Both the position numbers and the translations under genes were made by a program. 64,000 nucleotides of DNA. It comes from Ginglymostoma cirratum. Lineage: Eukaryota. This document shows, piece by piece, positions 1 to 12,700 of this stretch. The stretch is taken from the NCBI GenBank assembly GCA_024137785.1, contig JAHRHZ010000217.1, positions 12,851,094 through 12,915,093 of the forward strand, in the 5' to 3' direction. Under the pieces are notes generated by a model. The model searched no databases. It saw only the letters and a list, made by a program, of their open reading frames with translations, and was not told where the DNA came from. How positions within the stretch are numbered: position 1 is the stretch's first letter; each line of letters begins with the position of its first letter.

Positions 1-700
1 TAGACAACTACCGCCTATCAAAACGAGCTCCGCCCACAGAGACCGGCCCAATTGGTGAGACAAGCCCCACCCGTTACTTTCAGCACTGCCCATCACAGGT
101 CCCGCCCATAGAGACAAGCTCCGCCCGTTGAGACATGTCCAAACCGTCACAACAAGCCCCGCCCACAGAGATCGGCTCATTTATCGAGACAATCACATCC
201 GTCACAACCAGCCCCGGCAATTCAGACCGGACCATTACCAAAATAAGCCCCGCCCACCTGCCTAAGCCCCGCCCACAAGGGCCCCGGCCACTGTTACGCC
301 CCGCTCAGTGATCCCGTGAGTAGGAGTTGGGTCTGGCGTCGTGGATGAAGCGCCGAGTACGGCAGAGGAGGGAAGGGGAGCTGGATTCACCGGGCCGGAG
401 TTCAGCGCGGAGACAGCTGCAGCAGGAGAGCCGGGTAGCCTCAACCTCAGCGGCCGAAGCAGGAGGTCCGATGGAGCCGGGCGACCTGAGTGTCAGGCTG
501 GGCCTCGGCGCTGTGCTGCTGTCCGCTCTGGTGGTGCTGCTGGTGGGCGGCCTCACATTCCCGGGAGCCATGTCGCAAGGTGAGGCCGGAGGGACCCCGA
601 GGCGCGGGGGTGAGGGAGGAGGGTCAGGTCCATCCCAGACTCAGTGAGGAACTGCGGGGATGTGTTCGTGTGTGGGCCTGCCTTGTTGCGGTTGGGGAAA
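1..700 (+). promoter_or_regulatory. CpG-island promoter with six GC boxes (CCGCCC at 30, 102, 121, 159, 250, 269) and a CCAATTGG at 48-55
   Basis: High GC and CpG content against an AT-rich, CpG-poor background; repeated Sp/KLF motifs directly upstream of exon 1; no TATA box seen. Confidence 0.8.
345..579 (+). CDS. HGSNAT: HGSNAT exon 1 (signal peptide; alternative ATG at 471)
   Basis: [36 protein letters not shown] hydrophobic segment; donor G|GTGAGG at 580; phase 1 fits exon 2. Confidence 0.8.
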
Positions 701-3700
701 GGGAGGGTTGGGGATAAGGGGGGTGTTGATTGGGGCAAGGGGGGGGGTGGTTTTCCTGAGATTTTTTTTGAGGGGGGTATGAGGTGGACAAGGCTGCTGT
801 TGCCAGACTGGGTGGGTCGGTGGGTGAGTGAGGAGAAGATTGGCAGAAAGGGTTTCTTTCCTCACTTGGGTGGGTGCAGTCAGGGTCCTGTGTTAGAAGG
901 TCTGTGTATTGTGCATTGGCTCATAGGTGAGACTGTGATGGATCTGGCTATTGGTTGAGCTTGTGGAGGGTGCGGTTATTGATGTAGGCTGCCTTTTCAG
1001 ATCTGAGGGCCTGCTGCATGTAAGTAAATGTGCTGGCAGATATTTGGATAGAACGTACTTTAAAAGAACCCATAGCTCATGGAATGGGGCATTGTTGGCT
1101 AGCTGAGGATTTATTGCTGATCCCTATATCCCCAGAGCGCAGTTAAGAATCAACTGCCTTACTTTGGATCTTAAGGTACATTATGTTCCCTAAACTGTGT
1201 TGGCGAACAAGATGGGTTTTTACAACGTTCAGCAGTGGTTGCATGATTACTATTAGATCAGCTGTATATTCCAGACTCTTGTTGAAATCACATTTCCCTA
1301 TCTGCAGTGGTGTGATTTGAACCCATATTCTCAGATTGCTGCCAATCTAGCTTCACTAACACTGTTACTGCCACCTCCACCTTGCCATGTATTTATAGAA
1401 TGCCTGTCAGAATCCCCCTCCCCCAACAGTGTTCCAAAATGCTTTACAACCTGTTAAATATTTTGATGTTTGGTTACCCTTGTCGTGTAGGACATGACAA
1501 ACTTTTGCACAGTAAGTCCATGCAATGGGGAAATAGACCAGAAATCTCCTTTTCAATTTAAGAGCTAATTGAGGGTTTTAAAAGAGATGCTGTTTCATGT
1601 GTGTATTTCTCCCTTTGAGTTGAATCAAGAACCTTCTAACTTTGATGTAATAGTCTCATCCACTGAACTGGGGCTGACATATCTTACAATTAGCAACTGG
1701 TGTAGATTATTTAGGTATTTATTCCATGACCATTTGTATTGGTTTGCTGTGTTTAAATTAGCTTCCAGGTTTACAATGTAATAGTTGGGTGGGAGGTAGT
1801 GGTGGTGTTAGCAGATTGTTGCGATAATCTTGCACATAGCATTTAATGATTGTCTTTCGATCGTGTCCTGGATGGACAATAATTGATAATGTGACTGTGT
1901 TTGTCTGCCTATATAACCTTCAGTCAGGAGTGAAGTCTAATATCTTTTTAATAAGATCTAAATGCACCTGGAGAAATTAGACTGCTTCTCATGTGCAGCT
2001 TCAACAATAATCAAGAAGCTTGACACCATCTCGGACAAAGCAGCCCACTTGATTGGTACCATGCCTGCTCCCAATGTTCAGGAGCACATCTGCAAAGTCC
2101 ACTGTAGAAATTCACTGAGATTCCATAGACAGCATTTTCCAAACCCATGACCATTAGCCTAAAGAACAATAAGAACAAAGACAGCATACATATAGGAACA
2201 CCAGCACCTGCAGCGTCCGTTCCAAGCCACACTCCATCTTGACTTGGAAATATATCTTCACTGTTACTTCAGTGTTGTGGGGTCACAATGCTGGAAATTC
2301 CTCAACAGAATTGTGCATTTAATTGTAGTACATGGAGTGGAGCAGTTCAAAAAAGCAGCCTTTCTCAACCTCGTTGAGAGCGAACAGGGACGGGCAATAA
2401 ATGCTGGCCTGGTAAATGAAGTTTTAAAAAATTGATGACTTGCTCAAAAAAGTATGCAACATTGAGAGGAATATGCCTCTAAAATTTGTATAAGTGCAGT
2501 GGGAGTTGTACTGGCTGCCGTGAAGTAGAAATTAAATTGAAGATTTGGTTGTTGGTTGGAACACTTTAGCTTGGTTAGTATTGAGCGGAGTTAAATGCTG
2601 GATAAAGAACATGGGGATACACCATACTTCCTCTACCACAGTTGAAGGAAAAGATTGATTTAACAATCAATAGTGTTTTATTTACCTTCTACCTAATATG
2701 TGAGGAAAAATAATTTTGTATTCCCCAGGAAAAGGGCTATTGGAGCAGGATCAATGCTTGAACATGTGTTATACAGCGTATTGTTCAAGTTATAAGATTG
2801 AAAAGGAATTGTAAGTGCACAGCAACTACAGCTAAAGCTGTAGTTAATATTTGAACTTGGCTGTTTATAAGCAATTGTTTGTGCAAAAAGGTTACTCAGG
2901 TTTTTGAATTATGTGATAGTTTAGTTGCAACTCAGAGGCTGCTGCAGTACCAATGATGTCTTCCATTTCTGTGCCATGCTGAGTTTTGGATGAGTTGTTA
3001 AACTAGAGCTTGGTGTGCTTTCTAAGCTTAAAAATAACCCACAACTATTTTGATGAAGAGCACAGGAGTTATCCCCTCTGTCCTCATCAATATTTATCCC
3101 TCAATTAAAATCATTAAAACAGATTATCTGGTCAGTGCACTGCTGTTTGTGGGAGCTTTCTGTACACGAATTTGCTGTCTCACTTTCTAAGTACAGCAGT
3201 AACTGTACATCAGAAGATGCTTCATTGGGTGCAAAATGTTTTTGCTTGTGAAGTCTGCTTTCCTGTTTAATAAGAATTCTGATCTGATTGGGGCTTGAGT
3301 CTACTTCCTTGTCTGTTCGTCGTAACCTTTTAACTCTTGTCACATAAAAATATCGTACTCAGACTTAAATATTTTAATTGCTCATCTCCCATGCCTCTGA
3401 CTGGATTTTTAAAAAGATACATGGGAGGATAACGGTTTATAATATCATGCGACTTACAGCACAATATATATCAAAGTCAACCTGTCAATCCAAAGTCCTG
3501 GAGCCAGAGTCGTGGGGGTTTGTTAAAAGAATCCGATTTGTAATCCAAAGGTCACTGGATATTGCTTATTTAAGTACTTCTTTCACTATCCAGAGTGAAA
3601 TCTGATAATAGCTAGTTGCTCCTAATTCAAAAGAAAGGAAAAGGTTGTACTAGCAACTTTTTAGGATTTGAATCACTGTTGGCATCAATGTGAAGTAGCT

Positions 3701-6700
3701 TCTGTTTTGCCTGGTGCGAAGTGAGGTGAGAACCTTGCACATGGGTTTATTTTGCTTTAGGAAGCAAGTCTTTGAGTGTTATCTTGAAGGCACTTTGAAA
3801 GGCGATGCCATCCAGTACATTAACTGCCCAGTATATTAACCCCACGAGTCTGATTAGGAACCTATTTAATTATATTTCTGATTTAACATATTAAATAATT
3901 AGACATGAGTTTTGGGCATATAGTTGCAATCTATTGCACTGGATCCTTTACTTATGCTTTGTAAAACAAATAGATGAAAAAGTAGATTTTTGTTTGAGTA
4001 GTTTGTTTTCTGTGTAGATTTACTGTGTATCTACCACTATCTAGTAACTGGTGTGCTTTGTACTAAAATGAATGTATGTGGCTAACGTCTCTCATTGTAA
4101 CCACTTAGCGGTCGATTAAGCTAAACTGAAGTTAGGTGATGCAAATATTGCAGAGAAGATGAGCAAGTGAACTGAGACTGTGGTACAGGAATCTGATCTG
4201 GCTGCTGTTAAATTGTTGAAATATCTGCCAAGAGCCACTATGATGAATTTGTATTGTCCATTCTGTACGTTTTCTTGAAAAATCTGAACTGTTCTCAGTA
4301 TCCTGAGACCCTTACAATTAATTAGAATGTACCAATCAAAACTGTACCAGAAGAAAAGAGGGCTGACAGAAGTTGAGATTTATTGCTTATTGGGGAGGCA
4401 ATGGCCTAGTAGTTTTATCGTTGGACTGTTAATCCAGAGACCCAGGTAACGTTCTGGGGACCCAGGTTTGAATCCCGCCAAGGCAGATGGTGGAATTTGA
4501 ATTCAATAAATATCTGGAATTAAGGATCTAATGACCGTGAATCCATTGCCAATTGTCAGAAAAACCCACCTAGTTCACTAATGTTCTTTTAGGGAAAGAA
4601 ACTGCCATCCTTACCTGGTCTGGTCTACGTGTGACTCCAGACTCTCAGCAATGTGATTGACTCTGCAGTTCAGAGGAAGGGTCATCGCACCCGAAACGTT
4701 AACTGTTTTCTCCTCCACAGATGCTGCCAGACCTGCTGAGCTTTTCCAGCAACTTTGTTTTTGTTCCTGATTGAGTCTGAACTGCCCCCTGGGCAATTAA
4801 GGATGGACAGTAAATGCTGCCTAGACAGTGACATCCTCATCCCGTTATTGGATAAAGATTTTAAGCATTTGTGCTTGTTTTCTTTTTGTTTCACAACAGA
4901 ATTACCAGAAAGAAGACCACCAAAACTTGAGATGGATCAAGCAATCTTAAAAGTCTATAATGAGCTTCATGAAGACCTGGTAGTCTCCTGGCTATCAGAT
5001 CACTGCTATCAGGTGGGTTTGAAGTAGTGCAAGTCAACAAAGTTGTGTTTTGTCACCAGTGTAGGTGCCAGAGTGTGTCTTCCATACTCAGCGTGGTGCA
5101 ATTCGAACTAGGGCAGAAGTAGAAAAGAAGTATCAATTGCAAAACCTGAACAATGTTCTCTATCCATTATTGATGCAGCATTGAGAGAGGACACTCTTAA
5201 TGGGAAAACAAATCCTAACTGCTTGTGATCAATTCTGTTAAGACAGCTGCTCTTTACATAATATAGATGCAATAAAGATATTTATGCGTACATATCTTTA
5301 TATGTTGCATATTCATTCTCTGGATATCGGGCACAAATTCATTGAAAGTTGCTCTGGTTAGCTTGTGCTTCAAATTCAGACTAAAATTATTCACAAAGAA
5401 GTAATAGCATTTCAATGTAGCATATAACAATTTTTCTCTTCTTCCGTGAAAGTATACCTTAATGTATTTTGGAGTGCTAACCTGGTTCAATTTTATCAAC
5501 AGAGCTGAGAATAAATTTATTACTGAACATAAGCATTTTTATGAAGTGTGGTCAATGAGAGCAACCTGATTTTTTTTAAATTGTTGAAAGTTACTTTGTT
5601 AAACAGAACCATTAAATACCTTCATTGCTATGAACGAATCATTTTTGTAGTGAATCATGTTTTTTGACACAGTCACAAACAGAGGGAGAAAGGAATAGAA
5701 GGAAGTATTGATTGGAATAGATGGAGGGTGGGTGGATGCTCATATGGATCATAAACATTGGCATGGACCTGGTCGATAAATGACCTGTTTTGACTTTGTA
5801 AATAATTGTAATACAAATGAGTTTTGCATGTATTCCATGTGTGTTCAACATGAGATATGTTCCCAGACTAGCTGAATGGTTCCAATCTTGCATTTTTCAC
5901 CTGGGGGTGAGTCCAGTTTTCTGGGTGGTGTCTGATTTGGGTGAATTAAATTATGCGTTAATAGATCACACGGCAAACTCAAGCACAAATTGCTTCAGGC
6001 AGAGATTGTTTGTTTGTTTTGTAATTTGTCTCTGCGCTGGTTAGGTTGATTCTGGTGCACCACTCACTGGATTTCCAGTCAGGATAAACAGTTTTTAACC
6101 ATTTGTTTTAAGGTCTGCACATTAGTTCGAAAACACTGTAAAGCTAAATAGTAAGGTTAAATGTAAAACTGATTTTGTTATTTAACTGTCTCTCTTTCTT
6201 TTCTGTGTATCTGATTTTCTCAGTGTCTGTACCAGGAACTTGGAAATGTACCTGCAGAAAAACATATAGGGCACCCTAAGAATTCAACATTTGCCATTGA
6301 CACAAAGTATCCAGTAACACTACAGGTGAACAGTAGTGTCAATAAGGAAGTGTGCAGGTTAGTGGATATATTTCCTCATTGTTGCTACTGCAATTGAAAG
6401 TATATGCATTTGGAGAAATTCCCTGCTCCTTAGTACATTTCCCAAAAGAGAGCATGAGCATCTGCTGCGTGACGTGGTTAATACGGAGAGTCAGCTGGAC
6501 ATTTTGATTCAGGCAGCAGTCACAGTCCTTCAATTTGGTTATTAACCAGGGACAAGAGAAGATGTGATTTCATAGATAAAGGAGCCACAGGTACAGTGGT
6601 GGAGGAATCAACCCCTGATGTGTTGCTTGTTATCATTGGAGGTGAGAATAGAGATTGCAGAGAGGATGGGGGAGTAAACCATGACGCTGGTACAGGAATC

Positions 6701-9700
6701 CACTCAGTGGCTGTAGAAAAGAATGTTGGAGGTAAAACATTCAAGAAGGGGTAGATACTGTTCTCTATTCTTAAGAGTTCTAAAGCCCAGCTTTAAAGGT
6801 ATCTTGTAGTTAGAGGTGAAGGATCTAGTTGTCCATGCAGAAACCAATGCCCTAGGTAGAGGTAGGTGTGATGATTTACTGATGGAGTTTAAGCTCCAGT
6901 GTAAATTAAACATTTGAAATATCTAACTGAAAGAGTGGAGGTTGGGATTTCAGTTCATGGGGTACTAGCACTAGAATTCGAGAAACTGTTCTACTGAAAG
7001 AAACTGCATTTAAACTGGATTAAGTCCACTGTCTTGAAACAACGACTAATAATGTGGATGAATTGCTGTGCTGTGTTGACTTGTCAGTGCTTAGATCTGC
7101 CTGATTGTATTAAGGCCTAGCAGCTAAGGCCACATACAGGAAAAATTGTAAAAATGTAACAAAGCACTATATTTGAATGCTTATTGTTTTTGTAGCATAA
7201 GTGAAGTAATGAACAGAGGGGTTTAGTGAGATGTTGTCACAGGATGACTAAGGTTCAGAACTAAATATTCAAGGATACTGGACTTTAGAAAAGAAGGGCA
7301 AACTAGGAAATGACGTGACTCGGCTGAACATGTTGTGGCAAAGGTACAAAGAACGCTCAGCCCAGAATGTAGAATCAGCCTGGATAGAGTTAGATAATGG
7401 GAAAAGTCCAGAAGTACTTGCAAGAGTAGGTTATAAACTTGTAAATAGTGACCATCGTGTTGGACAGGGAAAGTTAGAGGGGCATATACCACAATAATAA
7501 TTGTAATAATGTTTTCATTTTGAAGCTTACGATTTTAATCTTGTTCACTGGCCAAACCAAATTGCAAAAGTAACTTGGAGGGTAAGTTTATAAAATACAT
7601 TCAGAGAAATCCTACTGAGGAAACAACTAAGCATTAGGTTATTATCAAATTACATCCATCCCTCGGTTAACATTACAAAAAGAAATTGCTGTTTGTTTGT
7701 GGGTGTTTTGTGTGTAATTTGTCTGCATTTTCTACTGTACCACTATTTCAGATTAGAAGTACTACTTTGACTTAAAGCACTTTAGGAAGTCCTGCAACCA
7801 AGAAAAATGCTATATACACTTGTTAATGAAAGTAGGTAAATTGTAATCTTGTACAGGACCATAATATGGAGTGTCATATTAAGTGTGATAAAACCTGAAA
7901 CTGGGATTGTAAATTTAAACAGTCAATTGTAGAGATATAAGCAAGTTTGGTGAAGAAGTTTGAATTAGATTAAACATGTGAAAGTTAATTCTTAAAAATG
8001 CTCTAAGAATTAAAAGCAAATGGAAACATGGGACAGCCTGGCTAGCTAGAGAAGTTAAACATTGTAAATCTCTTCTTTTAATCTAATACAATGAATGTTG
8101 CCAAATGAGTAGCAGGTTTGAGTGTGAGGTGGATATTAAAATCAGCAAGGAATGACTCAATTTGAGGGGGAAAAGAAAAGTAAACTAGCTAAATATATAA
8201 AAACAATGAGAGATTTTGCAAAGGTGTTTAAAGGGAGAGTATTTCAGAGGTAAATGTGCGCACCTTAGAGGCAGAGATGGTGACATTATAGAGAACAAGA
8301 AAATGGTGAACGTTAAATATTTGTTTGTTGTGACAGTACAGGTAAAAAATTACTAAAAATTGTGGGGAAGCAGGGCTTGAAGAGAGTGAGAAACTGCAAG
8401 TGATTTAATTTTTTTTAAGTGAAAAGTCCTGCAGACGTTTAATGAGACTAATAACCAACAAATCCCCTGGACCTGATGACCTACACTTTTGGAGTTTTCG
8501 GAGATGATTACAGAATTAGGAGTCGCATTGACTTTTCTGTTACAGAATTTGCTTAATCCTAAAGCAGCCTCCATATTTTGGAATGTAGTAAATGTAACTC
8601 TGCTATTGAACAGAATGGAAATTGAAAAGGGGAGCCATTGAACACTTAGCCAAGCATCAGTCATAAAGAGAAACACTCTAATCTAATTTAAGGATGTGGT
8701 AACAAAGAACTTGAAAAACCACTAATTAGGCAGAGTCAGTGTAATCTTGTTGCAATTATATAGGGGTTTGGTGAAACCATTTGCAGCATTCTGTACAGTT
8801 TTATGTCATCATACCTAATTACAAATATATTTTTCATTGACATTGATTAAAGTTTACCAGGTTGATTCCTGTGATGAGAAGGATGCCTTACGTGAAGTCA
8901 TTAAGTAGAATGGTCCTGAAACATTCTTTGTTCGTGTCTACACATGCTAAATAATAGCAGTATTCTGTTTTATCTCTGAAATCTGACTTGCTTTGTGTCT
9001 CTTGGGAAAAGCCTCTGGTCTGCTCTTTGGAATTTCTAAACCGATGAGTGTATGGCGCCTATAGCTACATCACGTGAATAATGTGCACCAATCAAATCCA
9101 AAATAAATCCAAATATGTAAGCTTATGATTTATTGTTTTGATGGAGTGACTAAAAAGTTTCTGTCTTCAGTTTTCCTTGCTGTAAACTTTCTATTTTTGT
9201 TTCTTGCAGGGTGCATGAAACCTTTGGTGAATTTGGACATTATTCTTTATGGGTGACCAAGGCAAACCTGAGTAATGCGAGTGGACCAGTCAACTGCAAA
9301 ATCATCATTGACCAAGAATCCATTAGCAACAAGCTTCGTATGTATACTTGTGAAGAGCTGCTGCAAATTGACCTGTTCAGAGTCAAAAGGATAATGTTCT
9401 AAGCAGTTGAAAAAGATCAGTAACCATTTTATCACTGTCCATAAGTGATACAGCAAAATGGTTTCCATTTCTCATGAGGTGGAATAAATTTATCATTACA
9501 AGCCTTATCTGTACTGTGTCTATGACGTATATCTCAAACCAATAATCTAAGTAGTATTGGATCGAAGCACTGGCTGTGGTTTGTATTTGCAAATTCTGGT
9601 TAATTTTGTTAGTTTTCTGGATTATTTTCTCCCATTTTAGTTTTGAAATCCTGCATAATGCTTTACCATCTCAAAATTTTAAAAATATTTTCATCTTTCT

Positions 9701-12700
9701 CTGCAGCTATTTTGTATGCATTCCTTGCCTATGGTGGATTAGCCGTTTTGATGTGTTTAGCACAGTTAATAATGGGGTAAGTGCCATAACACATGACTTA
9801 CAGTATCAATTAAATTACAGTTTTAAACCACTCCTTGATAAAACCATGTGGATAGGGTTAGGCTGCTGGTCAGTCCTCCATCCATCCTCCATTTTTGATG
9901 GACAGGCATAGTGGGATAGGAGGTAAGTGACAAGTAGTTGGGAACTCGGTCACTTTTACAGTCAGTGTAGGTGTCGTGCAGAGCAGTCACACAGCCTGTG
10001 TTTTGCCTCCCCATTGTAGAGGAGACCCATGTCATGAACAGCAAATACAGTAGACTAGATTGAATGGAGTACATCGTTGCTTTATCTGAAAGATATATTT
10101 GGTGCTTTGGATGGTGAGGAGGGATTAGGTAAACGTGCAGGTATTATATGTTCTGCAGTTATGTGGGAAGGTGCTGTAGGAGTGTGAGGATATGATAGGA
10201 ATAGTGTACGGAATTGCAGAATATTGACAAGAATCAGCGGTTGATCTTGGTGTCCCTAGAGAGGGCAGAGTTGCGTAATCATCAGATCAAAAGCTGAGAA
10301 GGAACCTGCTACATCACTTTGCTTGTTTTCTAAACTCTTTGAAATTCATTATTTCCAGTAAATGTTCAAAAGTTCAATGGATTCTACTTCTAGCATTGGT
10401 CCCAATGACCCATTTCCTGATAACCTTGGCATAATTATTGATTATTTATGCCCTTGTTACCTACTGAGTAATGATTCTACCTCATCAAAATTGCATAATT
10501 TTAGATTCCTCTGTTGGAAATCCTTTTAAACACTGGCCTAATTTTAAAAAAAGCCCCAATTTTCCTAGAATTTCCATCATAACTAAATCCTCTCATCCAA
10601 CTTGTTACAGTAAATCTCTACAGTTCTCTTTCCAGTCTGGACACTATTCAGAGTTTCAGCCCCTTCTCAATGTCCGAGCACCTCATGTTTGATAGTTGAG
10701 AACAGAGCAGGAGATTTGAGGGTAACTTGTAGCTATACTTAAAATTCTAAAGAAATGAGGCAGTAGCATGTACACGGTGAGTGAAGGGACTAGAACAAGG
10801 GGATATAGGTACGTGTCAATGTCACAACTTCTACATTGCGCAATGTCACAACTTTTTTTGCCCCAGTTAAAAAGAACTCTTTGTATCTCCCTTAGTTCTA
10901 AAGTGGATGCCCTCATTTGTTTAAGTTGAAGTCAATTTCCCCAGTTTGCTTTGTGCACAGAATGCAGTGAAGTATGCTGCTAGATTTAGTGATTGAAATG
11001 GTGATTGCATATTTTTAAAGAGTGTTTGGTAAATGTTGAAGGAAAGATGGGTAAATGAAGCTTGAGAATAAGACTGTTAGTCGTGTGATGTAAAGATTGA
11101 TGATACAGATATGAACGTATGAGTAAAGAGACTTTTAAAGGCCAAACAAGTGGCGAAAAACTGCTGGAAACAAATTTCACTGTAGATTCATCAGACCATC
11201 AACTTTGGATCAAATGAGGTTAGAACAGTTCTTTTTAAACAGTGCAGAGCTAGAAATAGTAAAGATTGAAGGAGACTTGGAAGAAGGCAGGCTGCAGGCA
11301 CAACATTAAAATGAACATGTGCAGAGAATAATCAAAAAAGTTAGTGGAATACTGCCCTATCTATCTAGAAAAAGAATACGAGGGTGTTAGAAATTGTTTC
11401 ATCTATACAAAACCCTAGTTAGACCACACTTGAAGAACTGAGCTGTTCTGGGCACCACACCCTTTGAAGTATAATCTTGGTTTATTAGAATGATGCTGGG
11501 ATTGCAAGTTTTAAGTTACAAGGAGAGAAGAAACAACTGTGGTTGTATTCCCTGGCACCTACAAGGCTAAAGAATGAGTTTGAGGGGAACTGACAGGGTA
11601 GTTTGGGAGAAATTACTTGCTGTTAATTAAAATGAAGAGGATAAAAAAAGTGACAAATCAGAAGTTAAAGTTGGTAGAGGTAAGCAAGAGTGGTAGAAGT
11701 TTAGAAATTTTTCTGCAGCTGCAGTTGATGTTAGATAAATTGCTAATTTTAAAATTATTACCTTAAGTTATTAAAAATTAAGGGAGATGGGACAAGGGAA
11801 ACTTTAGAGATCAGCCATGTTCTAATTACAGAGAAATGAAGGCTCAACACTGATAATAAATAAGCTGAGCAGCTTGTTTTTTGCATTTTATAATTTCAGT
11901 AATAGTGCAGTTGAATGTTTAGTGAGATGGTTAGATTCTGTCATTTCCTGGTACTTGTGTGGTGCATATTGACCATCACCAACAAGTTAGAATCTAAACT
12001 TCTCCCCATGCCATTCAATGGCATTACCATTACTGAATTCCACAAGGTCAAAGTTCCGGAGATCTCCGAAAGAAATGCAGATGCTGTAGCTCAAGAACCA
12101 AAACAGAAGTTGCTGGAAAAGCTCAGCAGGTCTGACAGCATCTGTGAAGAAAAGAAAATCAGTTAACGTTTTGGGTCCGGTGACCCTTTTGACAGTTCCT
12201 TCCAAACCTACAACCTGTCTTGTTTAGAAGTACAAGGCAGCAGGAGCAGCAGCACCTCCAAGCCACCTGTAAGTTGCCATTTCCATCACCTCCAACAGGA
12301 TGCTGCAATCAGACACCTGCTCTTTCCCTCCCTTGTCAGCATTCTGCAGGAACTGTTCCCTTCGTGACACTCCAGTACATTCTTTCGCTATTCCCAACAT
12401 CTCCTCACACTTCCACAGCATTTTCCCATGTAACTGCAGAAGGTGTAATACCTGCATGTTTACCTCATTCCTCCTCACCATCTGAGGCCCCAGACATACC
12501 TTTCAGGCGACGCGGCCACTTACTTCATTCAGTCTAGTCTACTGTGTCATCTCATTCCTCTTTAAACAAGTTGCAGACAACTCCGACCAGAATGTTATGA
12601 ATGAATTTGCCCAGGTGTCCCACAATACCATAGGAATCAAATCAATACGAGCACAAGCCGGTACCAAAGCAAAACATTCTCACTTTATTAGGAACAAAAT

